In this document: positions 24,867-37,778 of the stretch, one piece after another
Numbering within the stretch: the first letter of the stretch is position 1
How the letters are laid out: each line of letters opens with the position of its first letter
NCBI GenBank assembly: GCA_003599595.1
Contig: QZIP01000049.1
Location: 1 to 49,367 of the forward strand
Source of the DNA: Candidatus Parcubacteria bacterium
GTDB lineage: Bacteria; Patescibacteriota; Microgenomatia; Levybacterales; GWA1-39-11
Reading direction: 5' to 3'
DNA: 49,367 bases
Program-made: the position numbers and the translations under genes
Notes under the pieces: model-generated
Seen by the model: only the letters and a program-made list of their open reading frames with translations
Database searches by the model: none
What the model was told of the DNA's origin: nothing

Positions 24867-27779
24867 CTACACCAAAATCAAACCACCACTGTTATAGGGG
24901 TATCCAATTGTTTGAAGTGTATCACCAAGAATAAATCCACCTGAATTCCAAGAACCTGAAGTTGGAACTAAATGCCCACTTCTGCCTACATATATAGTTT
25001 GTCCTAGTGCTCCTGTGAAATCAGTGAGACCAGAAGCAAATTGGAATTTACCAAATGAATAGAAATTACCTGTCGCTCCACTAGCCACATTATCAATTAA
25101 AATACCTACTGCTGGCATTCTTCCACTTACAGAAGCCATGGCTATTCTTAAATAACCAGATTGAGATATTTGAACAGCTCTAACTCCTGAAATATCTTCT
25201 TCAGTCACTAATGGAATTGCAATTGAACCACTAGTATTAGAAATCAGTATTCCAGATAATCCAGGAGTAATACTTATACCTGGACCTGGTAATAAAGTAC
25301 CTGATTGAATGTGAACAGCAGCTATCTGTCCAGAACCAATGTTACCAGATAAAACACCACCATTGGCGATATGCATCTGGCCAATTTGACCTGATGATAT
25401 GTTTCCACTATTTACAGCATTGTTACCAATTAGTCCTGATACTATAATACCGCTAGTTAATGCAAACGAACCAGAAGCATTTGTTATTGTAAATGCGTTA
25501 GGAGTCGTAGCAGCTACTGTGATTCCTGTACCTGCTAAAATAGTAAATGCGCCAGAAGACATCACACCTGAAACAACTATTCCAGATGATAAATGAAATC
25601 TACCAATAGCTCCTGATGCGATATTTCCTGAATTAACAGCATTATTACCAATTAATCCACTTACGATAATTCCAGATGTTAGCGCAAACGAGCCAGACAG
25701 GTTAGCAACAGTCAAAACATTAGGAGCAGTAGCTGTTACTGAAATACCTACTCCTGCTGCTACCTGAAAAGCGCCTGAGGATAATACTCCAGATACAACT
25801 ATTCCACTAGATAAGTGGAATCTTCCAACAACTCCACTAGCTATGTTTCCAGATTGTACTTGATTGAATAAAAGCGGGTCTTCGACGTTAAGATTAATTT
25901 GGCCACTATTTATACCTACTGAACCAAGAGGCTGTACAGCATCTCCTGCAACCAAACCACCTGAGTTAAACCCACCGCTGTCTGTTACAACATGTCCTGA
26001 ACGTCCCAGAACTAACTGACGACCTAGATAACCCGAAAAGTCAACAATCCCTGAAGCTGCTGCCAGAGGAATTTGAACGGTTCCAATACCATAAACAGGA
26101 GCTCTCAAGCCAGAAGCAACGTTATCAATTACTATTCCCAGTGCTGGCCAACGCCCACTCACAGAAGCCATTGCAATTCTTAAATATCCAGACTGTGATA
26201 TTTGAACTGCTCTAATACCGGATATTGGTTCTTCAGTAACAGCAGTGTACATCTCACCACTATTACTATAGAACAACAACCCCATACTTTGTGGGGCTGT
26301 TGAACCTGAACTATGATGATATGTTTGTATCTGACCAGAGGCTATGTGAGGGGAACCAACAGTGCCAGATGCAATACTGCCAGAAACAACAGCTCCATTA
26401 CCCACATGCCCAGAAGTAACACTTCCTGAAGCGTGATGGAATTGTCCAATTGCCCCACTAGAAACATTTCCACTATTTACAGCATTATTGCCAATCAGAC
26501 CAGATACTATAATGCCAGAAGTTAAAGCGAACGAGCCAGATGCGTTAGTTATTGTAAAAGCATTAGGCGTGGTAGCAGCAACTGTTATGCCAGCACCAGC
26601 AATTAATGTATAAGCACCAGATGCTAGAACACCGGATACAATTATTCCAGAAGAGAAATGAAATCTACCAATTTGTCCTGATGCAATACCACCAGAAACA
26701 ACTGCGCTATCACCAATCAATCCAGATGTTATAATTCCACTGGTTAAAGCAAATGAACCAGAAAGATTAGTGATTAGTATTCCACTGAGTCCAGGTGTAA
26801 CAGAAATACCTGGTCCTGGCAATAATGTGCCAGATTGAATGTGAACTGCTGCAACTTGTCCTGAACCTAAGTTACCACTTAGCACTGAACTGTTGGCTAG
26901 GTGTTGAGATGCAATCTGACCACTAGCAATACTACCACTTACTACTGAGTTGTTACCAAGATATCCAGATGTGACTTGACCAGAGGTTAGTACTGCACTT
27001 CCACCACTAGCGGAAATTGTAATTCCAGATAATCCAAAAGCTACTGATACCCCTGTGCCTGGAAGAATAATTCCAGACTGAAGATGAACTGCTGCTATTT
27101 GACCAGAACCAATATTACCACTCAGAACAGCATTATCACCTATATACCCACTTGTGATGATACCAGACGTTAGAGCAAATGCTGCTCCTTGGCCAATAAT
27201 AACAGCTTTATATCCACTGCCATCTGAGTAGATAATACTAGCTTGATCAGTTGATAGTGTTAGTGGGTTTGTTCCATTTATGGTTGATCCACTTGTAGCT
27301 GTGATTGATAAACCACTTGCACCATAATTAGCAACTACAGTCCACCAATGTGGACTAAATAATGAAGTATCCCCTAGTGTTGCTCCTGGTAACACACCAG
27401 AAACAGCACCACTTCCATAAAAGGAAACTAAAGCTGCTCTATCAACTTGATTAAATGTATATGAATTATTACCTGACTGGTCATTGACACCGCCAGTAAG
27501 GTTAAAAGAAGCTTGAGGAGTTAAATTTGGATTTACTTCAGCCCAATCATTATGGGCCATTTGTTCAGTATTTTCAGCTCCTCTTTCCAGTATATTAAAT
27601 ACTGGACCAGAACCGCCCTGCAATAAAAATAACTCTTGATCACAAAATGCTCTAAATTGGCCTGATAAATTTGTTGGCCAATTTAGATAACCGGAACGAA
27701 GGCATAAAACGGAAGCTCCAGATGTGATAGATCCACTTAGTGAACCATAACTAGCAAGATTTGCGATTTCCGCTGTCAT
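24867..27779 (-). CDS. long Ser-Gly-rich repetitive fibre protein
   Basis: Repeated FALTSGII(V/T)SGLIG(N/D)NAVNSGN units and two copies of the ISG-x-RAVQISQSG domain. Confidence 0.75.
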   Translation of the reverse strand: MTAEIANLASYGSLSGSITSGASVLCLRSGYLNWPTNLSGQFRAFCDQELFLLQGGSGPVFNILERGAENTEQMAHNDWAEVNPNLTPQASFNLTGGVNDQSGNNSYTFNQVDRAALVSFYGSGAVSGVLPGATLGDTSLFSPHWWTVVANYGASGLSITATSGSTINGTNPLTLSTDQASIIYSDGSGYKAVIIGQGAAFALTSGIITSGYIGDNAVLSGNIGSGQIAAVHLQSGIILPGTGVSVAFGLSGITISASGGSAVLTSGQVTSGYLGNNSVVSGSIASGQIASQHLANSSVLSGNLGSGQVAAVHIQSGTLLPGPGISVTPGLSGILITNLSGSFALTSGIITSGLIGDSAVVSGGIASGQIGRFHFSSGIIVSGVLASGAYTLIAGAGITVAATTPNAFTITNASGSFALTSGIIVSGLIGNNAVNSGNVSSGAIGQFHHASGSVTSGHVGNGAVVSGSIASGTVGSPHIASGQIQTYHHSSGSTAPQSMGLLFYSNSGEMYTAVTEEPISGIRAVQISQSGYLRIAMASVSGRWPALGIVIDNVASGLRAPVYGIGTVQIPLAAASGIVDFSGYLGRQLVLGRSGHVVTDSGGFNSGGLVAGDAVQPLGSVGINSGQINLNVEDPLLFNQVQSGNIASGVVGRFHLSSGIVVSGVLSSGAFQVAAGVGISVTATAPNVLTVANLSGSFALTSGIIVSGLIGNNAVNSGNIASGAIGRFHLSSGIVVSGVMSSGAFTILAGTGITVAATTPNAFTITNASGSFALTSGIIVSGLIGNNAVNSGNISSGQIGQMHIANGGVLSGNIGSGQIAAVHIQSGTLLPGPGISITPGLSGILISNTSGSIAIPLVTEEDISGVRAVQISQSGYLRIAMASVSGRMPAVGILIDNVASGATGNFYSFGKFQFASGLTDFTGALGQTIYVGRSGHLVPTSGSWNSGGFILGDTLQTIGYPYNSGGLILV

Positions 27780-27790
27780 TTATTAGTCAA

Positions 27791-28606
27791 CTAACAACAA
27801 GCTGAATCTAACCCAATTTGGATTTGACCAGGAGTAAACACAAGTGGTGGAGAAGTATCATTTACAACAATTGCCGATTGTAATTTACCAAAAAAGTATA
27901 AGTTTCCTCCTTCTGCTGCATCCCACAATCCCCATGCAGCCAATGAAGACAGCCAGTCTCCTGAAGGAGAACCTGTTGCTGGCATTCTTATAGTTTCAAC
28001 ATTATATCCAAAACCAACAGTAATAGGATTAGACCAAGCAGCTGCATTAGTGATTACTGCTCTATCATACCCATCAGAACCTATTGTTGGTTCTGTCCAA
28101 CCAGTTCCGTCATTAGATGGCATTACTTGTGACAAACCAAGATAAAATGTTAAAGGCGCAGCAGGGTTACTTGATTTCATCCATCCGTCTAATACACCAT
28201 TCAATACTATTGTTCCAGCACATCCACTAACCGTAAGCCTGATTGAACCAGCAGGAAATGATAATTTAGGTGAAGATGCACTGACACTTCTAGTACTTCT
28301 TAATGGACCATAAAATAATAAGTTGTTATCAGTAGTTGTAATTGCAATACCGACAATAGTTCCCCAATCAGCAGTTGCTTGTGGAAATGTTAAAGTGTTA
28401 ACATTATAACAAAACCCATTATCTGGAGTAGACCAATCTGCTGTTGATGTGATCACTTTAGCATATCCGCCACCAGATGGTTCTGTAATTGGTCCATCTG
28501 GTTCAGGTAGGGTAGTAAGTAAAGCAATTTGTGTTATTACGTTAGGAAATGCTGCTGCATTAAGAACTGTATTTAGATATCCATTACGAGCATAATCAAA
28601 CATCAT
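27791..28606 (-). CDS. tail structural protein with two tandem domains; paralog of 28619..29449
   Basis: EP-x-GGGY...TFPQATADWGTIVG and EPTIGSDGY...WGLWDA-x-x-GGNLYF repeats. Confidence 0.7.
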   Translation of the reverse strand: MMFDYARNGYLNTVLNAAAFPNVITQIALLTTLPEPDGPITEPSGGGYAKVITSTADWSTPDNGFCYNVNTLTFPQATADWGTIVGIAITTTDNNLLFYGPLRSTRSVSASSPKLSFPAGSIRLTVSGCAGTIVLNGVLDGWMKSSNPAAPLTFYLGLSQVMPSNDGTGWTEPTIGSDGYDRAVITNAAAWSNPITVGFGYNVETIRMPATGSPSGDWLSSLAAWGLWDAAEGGNLYFFGKLQSAIVVNDTSPPLVFTPGQIQIGLDSACC

Positions 28607-28618
28607 AGAATTAATCTC

Positions 28619-29449
28619 TTAACAACAAGCCAAATCCACACCAATTTCAATTTCTCCAGGAGAAAATGATAATACTGGGGACCCTGTTTTAACAACAATT
28701 GGATTACGCAATCTTCCGAAAAAGTACAAATCATTTGTTCCATCAGTTGTTGTGGAAGAACTCCATAATCCCCAAGCTACCATTGGTAAAGCACTCCAAG
28801 TACCAGATGGAGCACCACTAGATGGTAAATTTATAGTAAGTATATTATACCCTTGACCAGCAGATATGGCACTCCAGGAAATGGTGTTATCAATTTGAGT
28901 CCTAGAATACCCATTAGAACCTATTGTTGGTTCTGTCCAACCAGTTCCATCATTTTCAGGCAGTACAGAAGATAATCCTAAATAATATGTTGATGGGGTA
29001 GATGGAGTTACTTGCCTTAAAAATGATGTGAGTATTGCATTTTGAATAGCTTGACCCAAACAACCTTTAACACTAACAGCAATAGCTCCAATTGGTAATG
29101 CTAAAGCTGGAGTTGCAGCAGTTATTGTTATTGGAGATTTTAGTGGTCCATAAAAAATTGGACCACTAGCAGCTAGGATAGCTAATCCTACAATAGTGCC
29201 CCAATTACCTGTAGCTTTAGGAAAGAAGATTGGTAAACTGTTATAGGAATAACCATTAACAGGAACTGTCCAATTTGTTCCAGTAGTAACTCTTGAATAA
29301 CCATTACCAACAGGTTCCACCAAATCTGCTAAATCATCAGATTGTTCTGGCATTTCTGTAAGTAATGCAACTTGTGATATTAATGTTATTCCTGGCACTC
29401 CATTGAGATAAAAATCTAAAAAAGCATTTCTAGAATAATCGAACATCAT
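28619..29449 (-). CDS. tail structural protein with two tandem domains; paralog of 27791..28606
   Basis: Start reassigned to MMFDYSRN (ATGA overlap with the methyltransferase stop); both paralogs end in ACC. Confidence 0.7.
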   Translation of the reverse strand: MMFDYSRNAFLDFYLNGVPGITLISQVALLTEMPEQSDDLADLVEPVGNGYSRVTTGTNWTVPVNGYSYNSLPIFFPKATGNWGTIVGLAILAASGPIFYGPLKSPITITAATPALALPIGAIAVSVKGCLGQAIQNAILTSFLRQVTPSTPSTYYLGLSSVLPENDGTGWTEPTIGSNGYSRTQIDNTISWSAISAGQGYNILTINLPSSGAPSGTWSALPMVAWGLWSSSTTTDGTNDLYFFGRLRNPIVVKTGSPVLSFSPGEIEIGVDLACC

Positions 29450-29946
29450 GGTATTTTTCTCCCTAAACAACAAAGCACAGGAGAATTCATACAATCTTTA
29501 ACCTCACCAATTTCTAAAATCTCAAATCCTTTGAAAATAAACTCTCTGTAAGCATCTTCACCAAATCTCCAATAATCTTTAGGAAATCTATGTAATGGAA
29601 ATCCAAAAGTAGGTGTAGATACAAATAGATAACCATTAGGTTTAAGCATTTGATGCATAATACCCACAGTTAACCAAAACTGTGGATCGTGTTCTAACAT
29701 TTCACAACATAAAATAGTATCAAACGAATTAGATCCAAAACAATCTAACAACTCATGGGCGTTTATTACTAAATCTACACATGGTCCGGCTGATTGATCA
29801 ACTCCTATGTATTCATTCGATTTATGTTGAAACGAATCACGTATTGTTCCATTGACATTGTAAGATCCAATTTCTAATGTTCTCCCAACATTGAATTGAT
29901 GTTTAAACAATGACTCTTTTGCAAATTCTATGATTGTTCCAATCAT
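29446..29946 (-). CDS. class I SAM-dependent methyltransferase
   Basis: LEIGS motif I, YIGVD, FDTILCCEMLEH, LKPNG, HRFPKDYWRF; Methyltransf_11-like type found with glycan loci. Confidence 0.85.
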   Translation of the reverse strand: MIGTIIEFAKESLFKHQFNVGRTLEIGSYNVNGTIRDSFQHKSNEYIGVDQSAGPCVDLVINAHELLDCFGSNSFDTILCCEMLEHDPQFWLTVGIMHQMLKPNGYLFVSTPTFGFPLHRFPKDYWRFGEDAYREFIFKGFEILEIGEVKDCMNSPVLCCLGRKIP

Positions 29947-31760
29947 ACTTTAAACTCCTGTTCAGAATATGAAAGACCATATGTGTTAGCGAAAGAAGCA
30001 TATTCAGAAGGTAATGCTGTATCATGCCAAAGATGAGAATCAGCTTTGATCCATTTACCTAAACTTGGAAACTCCCAAATAGCCATACCTGCATGCCCAG
30101 CCATTCCCCAAGGAATTATTTTTACAGCCCATTTTTGGACTTCTGATTCCACCCAAATCCAACCATGATCTTTTGCATGTTGTTCAATTTCATCAGCAAA
30201 TGACAGCCATTTAGGAACACTAAATCCAACACATTCAGTTCTAACACCCCCCCAAGTTGGATCTGGTAACCCAGAGTAAGTAGCATGTACTGTTTTAGAA
30301 ATTATATCTCTTAGGCTTGGTCTCCAATCCGTTTTGGGAATGAACCTTCTTGACATTTTGACTAAAACATCAAGTTTGTTTTTATCAGCCCAACGTAAAC
30401 CGTTTGCTATAGCGCATAAATCTCCTCTTGTATGATTCATTCTAGAATCTGAACTATAAAAATCTGCGCTATAATCTTGTGCAATTTTCTTCAATTTATC
30501 CTTTTCTTCACTACAATCATCTATCACAATACAAGGAACTTCTGGATAATGCTTTTTACGAACTTCTAATGCTAAATGTATATATGGTATTGAAGCATAA
30601 GTTGAAATCAACAATCCAAATTTAGGATCTTCAATCCAAGGTTCATATTTAATAACTTTAGGAATAGGAGCTTCATTGGCAATGTGAAAATTCATCCTTT
30701 CTACAATTTCAACATTTTCTTTCAATCTTCCATCCCATGGAGCTGATTCATATGCTTTACGAGCACAATGTAAACTTTCAGCTTTTAATCCTATGTAATA
30801 AGATGCTACTGATGTTAAATCATATGGCCCTTCATTTTGTGCATATGGATTTGAGATATAACTAGAATTACCACTTGGAATTTGCATAGCTCTTTTAGCT
30901 AATGCATAGCCCATTGGAAATCTATTTTTCCCATTATAAAACTTTGCTGCATCTACAATTGGTTCGCGTAAATGTAATCCTTCAGCACATGCTCTTAAAT
31001 GCCATCTTTCGGCTTCAAGTTCATTTCCAATATTTTCATAACATTTTGCAATATAGCTCATACTAGCAGCTTTTTCATCAGCCCAAGTAGCAGTAGGTAA
31101 TTTGGTATGTTTTTCCAATTGAGTTATTGCTTCTTGCCATCTGCTGTGAAAAAACAATTCTCTGCCATAATAGTGAGCTATTCTATCATTTGATGGTTCT
31201 TCTTCAGAAGCAAGTTTCAACAAATTTAAATAATTACCTCTTGATTTATTTCCATCAGGATAATGATGGACAGTTATATCAACATCGACCCATTTATCTT
31301 CTCCCCATCTCCCTTTTTTTCTTCTTAAAATTTCATGTACAGGTAAATACCATTCATAATCTTTTGTATGTATTTTTTCATATGTAAAACTCACTCCGTT
31401 AGTACCGTCTTCCCTATGACTCCACACATACTTATAACGTGCTCGATTATTGTATTTCCACACATCTGAAATTCTTTTTTTCCAATCTTTTTCTGCAATA
31501 GTTTCATCCAAATCTATACAGAACATAATATCACAATGAGGAGCAAGCTCAATAGAAAGATTCCTTGCTTTATCAAATCTCCATGGTTTGATTTCTTTTC
31601 TAACTACAATTGCTCCTCTGTCTCTTAGTTTTTGAACAGTATTATCGGTACTTCCTGTATCTAACACAAATACTTTATCTGCTTGTTGGACACTATCCAT
31701 AAAACGATCAACAAATTGCTCCTCATTTTTACAAATTGCATAAACACAAACTGACGGCAT
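29943..31760 (-). CDS. GT2 glycosyltransferase with TPR repeats and a second GT-A-like domain
   Basis: ICKNEE, DTGSTD, DLDE (DxD), VHE; TPR-like HYYGREL; C-terminal LLISTY...VIDDCS. Confidence 0.85.
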   Translation of the reverse strand: MPSVCVYAICKNEEQFVDRFMDSVQQADKVFVLDTGSTDNTVQKLRDRGAIVVRKEIKPWRFDKARNLSIELAPHCDIMFCIDLDETIAEKDWKKRISDVWKYNNRARYKYVWSHREDGTNGVSFTYEKIHTKDYEWYLPVHEILRRKKGRWGEDKWVDVDITVHHYPDGNKSRGNYLNLLKLASEEEPSNDRIAHYYGRELFFHSRWQEAITQLEKHTKLPTATWADEKAASMSYIAKCYENIGNELEAERWHLRACAEGLHLREPIVDAAKFYNGKNRFPMGYALAKRAMQIPSGNSSYISNPYAQNEGPYDLTSVASYYIGLKAESLHCARKAYESAPWDGRLKENVEIVERMNFHIANEAPIPKVIKYEPWIEDPKFGLLISTYASIPYIHLALEVRKKHYPEVPCIVIDDCSEEKDKLKKIAQDYSADFYSSDSRMNHTRGDLCAIANGLRWADKNKLDVLVKMSRRFIPKTDWRPSLRDIISKTVHATYSGLPDPTWGGVRTECVGFSVPKWLSFADEIEQHAKDHGWIWVESEVQKWAVKIIPWGMAGHAGMAIWEFPSLGKWIKADSHLWHDTALPSEYASFANTYGLSYSEQEFKV

Positions 31761-31774
31761 GTTATCCTCCTAAT

Positions 31775-32845
<1,071 letters not shown>

Positions 32846-32846
32846 T

Positions 32847-33089
32847 TTATGGTTCTCCTACTTTACGCAAACTTAATGATACTTCATTAATAGTAACATC
32901 GTTTAATGTGTCTCCATTATTAAATAATAAACCCATTACAGCACCAACTGGCAACTCTAACTCTTGAACAATGAGCAAATATTCTGTTGGAACACCAATT
33001 ACATCACCAACTCCAGCTGCGCCTTCAATCACATTTACAAATTTAGGCTGAAATATATTTTCTTCAGATACAGACTTTGATTCGTTCAT
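32847..33089 (-). CDS. small virion protein
   Basis: 80 aa; beta-rich, could complete the C1q/TNF-like end of the upstream protein. Confidence 0.5.
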   Translation of the reverse strand: MNESKSVSEENIFQPKFVNVIEGAAGVGDVIGVPTEYLLIVQELELPVGAVMGLLFNNGDTLNDVTINEVSLSLRKVGEP

Positions 33090-33091
33090 AA

Positions 33092-36000
33092 TTATGTTCT
33101 TTGTAAAACAAAACCAATATGAAAACCTGAAGATTGAATTACGCCACTAGTCCAAGTAGCCCTAGTGCTGGCTATTGCTATATATTTACCACCAGATAAC
33201 ACCGTTAATTTATTTGCTGTTCCTGTAGATATAGCATTAGTATCTTTATTCCAAACAATAGTTCCTAATGTTACAGCTACCCCAGATACACCAGCTGTTA
33301 CAGTTTGTGATGAGTTATATAGTTTTGCACCAACATCTATTATACCTGCTCCAGTCGGTCCTGTAGGGCCGGTTGGCCCGGTAGGACCAGTCGGTCCTGT
33401 TGGTCCAGTCGGTCCTGTGGGTCCAGTAGGGCCAGTCGGTCCTGTGGGTCCAGTTGGACCAGTAGCCCCAGTTGGTCCGGTCGGACCAGTCGGTCCAGTA
33501 GGACCACCTGGTCCCATACTAGGAGTACTACCAGCTGGTGTATACGCGCTATCCGATGTTTTTCCAACTTCTTTCCATTTATCTCCATCGTACTTGAGTA
33601 TGATAGTTTCTTTAGGTTGAATATTTCTAGGTTTATCACCAGGACTTTGAAATTGATTAGTAGAAACACTATCTGAATTTCTGGAAAGTAAAGTGGCAGT
33701 ATTAGGTGCTGCGCCTGGTTGTGGCCCTTCAGCATTATTCATCAACTTGAAAGTGCGTCCCTTTGTGTTAAATCCTACTGATTCCAAAAATCCTGTAATA
33801 ATTACTGGACCTGTCAGATTAAACGCCTGAAGATCTGCACCAGTTATTGGATAATCATTTAATTGTTGTGGTGATGGGGATTGTGTTTTTACGGTCTCAA
33901 CACCTGTACAACAAGTGTAATCCAAGTTACAACAAAATTCTGAATTCAAATCTGCAAATATAGACGATCCATCACCATTACTACCACCAGTATTTGTTGT
34001 AATATCACAACAAACATCAGTGTCAAGCTCTGCAAATATAGTGCTTTTAGTAAAAGTGTTGCCATTATCATAAGAATTTACAGCATATACTGAAGCAATA
34101 TATCCAGAAACAGAACCTAATGAAACTAATTGACCATCGTATCTAATCCCAGAACTTATTAAATTATCATTACGTTCTACTAACCAAACATATTCAATAA
34201 TTGGAAATTTATTTTCTGCGCCAGCTGCTCTTGGATCATAAAGAGTAACGCCACCAGACCAAAGAGTTCTTCCACCAATTTCTAAACCACTATTTGCTAA
34301 ACAGATAACAGTTTGAGTTTGTGGTACTACAACAACGCCTTGTACACCACCAGATTGCCATACTTCTGGTTGTACAAATTGTCCTTTGTCAAACCGTACT
34401 CTATTCACTCCATATGTATGATCTGGAGTTACGTGTTCTATAAAACTTCCACTAACATGAGAATTTATGTTTGTTCCATCAATTCCACGATAAACAACTG
34501 TCCAAACGTTAGTTCCACTAGTGCCGTTTACATATACAAATTCTTGATCTTGTTGCCCACTACTGATAACTCCGCGCCATCTATATCCAACTGGAAAATA
34601 ATCAGCATTATCAACAATTAATTGGTGCTCACCACTATTGAATGGTTGAGCTAATCGAGCATAAGGAGTTCCATATAAAGGCGAACCACTGTATGTATCC
34701 GACCAAGATTGAGCTACTGACGGACCTCCAACACCTTTAGGAACAATACAGCCACTTAATCCAGGTCCAGCATGTTGATACTCTGTAATTCGTGGATTCC
34801 ATTCGGTACATATAACACGAGTACGAGCAAACCTAGACCTTTCAGAATAAGTCCAAATAATATCATGAAGACCTTCTGGAGTCCAGTTATATATACCTGG
34901 ATAAACTTCATCTAATGCATAAGATGTTTGTAGATTATATCTATCTTGTGCAATTCGTAATGCTAGAGCTTCCAATCCTGAAGTGTTTACAGGAACCATT
35001 CCACTGGCAGCTGTTCCATCAGAAGTGTAAAGAGCTTTAGCTGTTGTTTGTAAATATAATTCTGATATACCAACCAAGCCAGAAGATACTGAACCACCAA
35101 ATATATATCCACTGGCTGTTTTTGTAGTAACAGCTCCATTTTCTACAGCACTATATGAACTACCAGATAATATTTGTCCAGAAGTGATTGTTCCAGACTG
35201 AATACTAATTCTGATAGACCAAACATCTCCATAGCTTTCTTCATACCAAGCTGATGGTCTTTGATTCTGATATCTTGGATTTACAAAGTGTGGAACAGGG
35301 TCGTTTTCATATACATATTTAGGGAAAGTAACAACAATATCTTTAGGAACTACAGCATTAGCAGCAGGATTTAAATTACCAACTGGAAGTTGAGCATCTC
35401 CAGGATAAAATATATCACCACCAGCCACTCTATTAAGTGGGACAATATTCTCTCGATTTCCTATTGCTGTATCTGTAGATTCAGCAGGTGATTCTAACTT
35501 ATATGTTCCATCCATATTTCTTACAACTATTACACCTAAGTTGTAAGCAATTGCATCTAATAGTAATGGAGCAGACTCTACGTTAGTCCAGAGTTGAGAA
35601 TCAGGTTGAGGTTGACCATAAACGGCATCTATCGTAGGTATTGTGAGAGAGATCCCTAGAGCGTCTGCAAGGTCGTTTAAAAGATCTTCCCAAGTTGTAT
35701 CTTGATGAACGTGAAGAGTTGTAGTTTTGCCTTGCCAGTAATATCTTTCATCAACTAATGTTACAAGGTATAACCCATCAAACTTTCCAGCAAGTTCCCC
35801 AATAGGTCTTGCTGGTAACATATGCATATTAGTAGTAACTGTGTATTCATCATTTTTGGTCCCTCCAATAGGGACTTGTTTCATAATGAATTCACCAACC
35901 ATTGATGGTTGAACAGCTTCTAACATGGCTTTCACCATGCTTGAAGTTGCTAACATTCTAAAAACCGACCAACGATTAGCGTTAAATGGATAGTACCAAT

Positions 36001-36268
36001 CCCCAATACCGCATTTAGAGCTGGGCTGAGGATCTGGATTTACAAAACTGGCTAATGCGCCAGTATTTCTACCAGGGTATCCTGGCATGGTGAAATCTTG
36101 AAGATACTCCATTGGGAGTAATCTATTGATTTCATCTATTAAATCTGCGAGGGGTTGTTGGTCGCGAGGGGGGAGAAAGTTTTGGTCTTTATATTTTTCA
36201 TTTGTGGCTGGAGCCATACGGACAAGTGTTCCCTTGTCCGTAACAAACGGAATTCCAGCATATGTCAA
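33092..36268 (-). CDS. large tail tip/baseplate protein with C-terminal collagen-like fibre (start uncertain)
   Basis: 1058 aa; (GPT)n tract near the C-terminus; frame stays open about 18 codons upstream of the TTG. Confidence 0.72.
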   Translation of the reverse strand: MTYAGIPFVTDKGTLVRMAPATNEKYKDQNFLPPRDQQPLADLIDEINRLLPMEYLQDFTMPGYPGRNTGALASFVNPDPQPSSKCGIGDWYYPFNANRWSVFRMLATSSMVKAMLEAVQPSMVGEFIMKQVPIGGTKNDEYTVTTNMHMLPARPIGELAGKFDGLYLVTLVDERYYWQGKTTTLHVHQDTTWEDLLNDLADALGISLTIPTIDAVYGQPQPDSQLWTNVESAPLLLDAIAYNLGVIVVRNMDGTYKLESPAESTDTAIGNRENIVPLNRVAGGDIFYPGDAQLPVGNLNPAANAVVPKDIVVTFPKYVYENDPVPHFVNPRYQNQRPSAWYEESYGDVWSIRISIQSGTITSGQILSGSSYSAVENGAVTTKTASGYIFGGSVSSGLVGISELYLQTTAKALYTSDGTAASGMVPVNTSGLEALALRIAQDRYNLQTSYALDEVYPGIYNWTPEGLHDIIWTYSERSRFARTRVICTEWNPRITEYQHAGPGLSGCIVPKGVGGPSVAQSWSDTYSGSPLYGTPYARLAQPFNSGEHQLIVDNADYFPVGYRWRGVISSGQQDQEFVYVNGTSGTNVWTVVYRGIDGTNINSHVSGSFIEHVTPDHTYGVNRVRFDKGQFVQPEVWQSGGVQGVVVVPQTQTVICLANSGLEIGGRTLWSGGVTLYDPRAAGAENKFPIIEYVWLVERNDNLISSGIRYDGQLVSLGSVSGYIASVYAVNSYDNGNTFTKSTIFAELDTDVCCDITTNTGGSNGDGSSIFADLNSEFCCNLDYTCCTGVETVKTQSPSPQQLNDYPITGADLQAFNLTGPVIITGFLESVGFNTKGRTFKLMNNAEGPQPGAAPNTATLLSRNSDSVSTNQFQSPGDKPRNIQPKETIILKYDGDKWKEVGKTSDSAYTPAGSTPSMGPGGPTGPTGPTGPTGATGPTGPTGPTGPTGPTGPTGPTGPTGPTGPTGPTGPTGAGIIDVGAKLYNSSQTVTAGVSGVAVTLGTIVWNKDTNAISTGTANKLTVLSGGKYIAIASTRATWTSGVIQSSGFHIGFVLQRT
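33348..33513 (-). repeat. collagen-like (GPT)n 9-bp coding repeat
   Basis: About 17 consecutive GPT/GAT triplets with varied codons. Confidence 0.85.
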
Positions 36269-36351
36269 TAAAAAGTCTAAAGGAGTTGCGATGTCTATAC
36301 ACCCACTATTAATACATTCATTTTAGCTTATTAGTGGAGTATAATAAACTC

Positions 36352-37770
36352 CTAACCAATCAAACTATCAGAAATTGATGGGGATGGAGAGTACGGAAAA
36401 ATAAATTCGTTAGAATAGACTTCTGATATCAGACGATTTAGTAACGTCTGGAAGGTGTTTAAGGTGCCACCAGCACCTCTACTATTAGAAGCCGTTACAT
36501 TTCCATAATCACCTTGAGTAAAATTAATAGAACCAGAATGAACACTGAAAAATGGTTCGTTTACAGCTAATTGAGTCATTTCTCCAAATCCAATTTTATC
36601 TATATAAAAACTTCTACCATTTGCATATGCAGTAGTCAAACGTATTCTTAACCATTGTTGAGATGGTAAAGCAAGAGGAGTTCTAAATGATCCAGTAAAT
36701 GGTTGATAAACTGTATTCAAATCGGCTAAATCAATAGTGAACGAATTGGGATTGCCACCAGCATCGTTTATAACATTATTTCCGCCATCAATTAAATCAA
36801 CAACCATTATTCCTGTGCCAGCTACTCCATCTCTACGCATGAACAAACAAACAGAATATTGAGTTAGAGGATCCAACTCGCCTGGAGTTCCAGTACTACT
36901 ATTATCAAACTGTTGTTTAATTTGAACTAATGTACTACCGTCTCCTAATATTCTTAAAGCATTTCCTGTTCCATAAACAATAGTTGTCTCTTTAAATATA
37001 TCTGTACCTGCTGCGCCAACAACAATAGTCCATTTATCAGGAGCGTTTGCATTACTTCCTGTAAATGATGTAAATCCACTATTAGTTAATAAATTATTAC
37101 TACTATTATTAGAATCACCATCTATGGCAGAAATAGTGTTTGATGCATTACTTCCTTGTGGCCAATTGAAATTAAACACCCCAACATTACCTGTTCCAGT
37201 AATAGTTATTGTCTCATTACCAGCAGTAGCGCCACCAATATAAGAGTCTGAAGAACATACTAATTGAATATTCTCAGCAAATATATTTTGTAGAATCAAA
37301 CCATCACCTGGTCTGGTTACAGATGTAACTATTACACCATTACCAATACCTGTAAAATTGGGACCAGGATTACTAACGACTATTGGTGTTGCAGATACTG
37401 TTTGTTGTAATATTGTTGCTCCTTCAATTTTCATTTGACGAATAACTTCATTAATACAAATAATTGTGTTAGTATAACTTAGATTAAGAGCAAATTGTGG
37501 ATTATCCCTGTAAACCATTCTGTTGATAGTTTGGACGGCTACTTGAGACATCAAACTGCCAATTGTGTCTGAATTTAATTGAGAAATATATTGCTGACCA
37601 ACTATAGCTTGAATATCAGATTCAGAATCAAACTGTGCAACAACACCAGTAGTGGTATTAGTAAGATTTTGTAATTGTGCTGCTTGATTGATTGCCATTT
37701 GTGAAATTGGCACACCACATTTACCTAATCTATTGAATAGATTTCCAGGAGCATTATCGAAAGATAGCAT
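36352..37770 (-). CDS. virion structural protein with carbohydrate-binding-like domain
   Basis: NLLTNSGF...PDKW CBM-like start; AGGTG SD; lies in the tail module. Confidence 0.65.
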   Translation of the reverse strand: MLSFDNAPGNLFNRLGKCGVPISQMAINQAAQLQNLTNTTTGVVAQFDSESDIQAIVGQQYISQLNSDTIGSLMSQVAVQTINRMVYRDNPQFALNLSYTNTIICINEVIRQMKIEGATILQQTVSATPIVVSNPGPNFTGIGNGVIVTSVTRPGDGLILQNIFAENIQLVCSSDSYIGGATAGNETITITGTGNVGVFNFNWPQGSNASNTISAIDGDSNNSSNNLLTNSGFTSFTGSNANAPDKWTIVVGAAGTDIFKETTIVYGTGNALRILGDGSTLVQIKQQFDNSSTGTPGELDPLTQYSVCLFMRRDGVAGTGIMVVDLIDGGNNVINDAGGNPNSFTIDLADLNTVYQPFTGSFRTPLALPSQQWLRIRLTTAYANGRSFYIDKIGFGEMTQLAVNEPFFSVHSGSINFTQGDYGNVTASNSRGAGGTLNTFQTLLNRLISEVYSNEFIFPYSPSPSISDSLIG

Positions 37771-37778
37771 GTATCACC

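Noticed and set aside
33165-33735. Overlapping ORFs over the collagen tracts (33165..33620, 33340..33735; also 32143..32346)
   Set aside because: Antisense or shifted-frame shadows of GPT repeats, without RBS.
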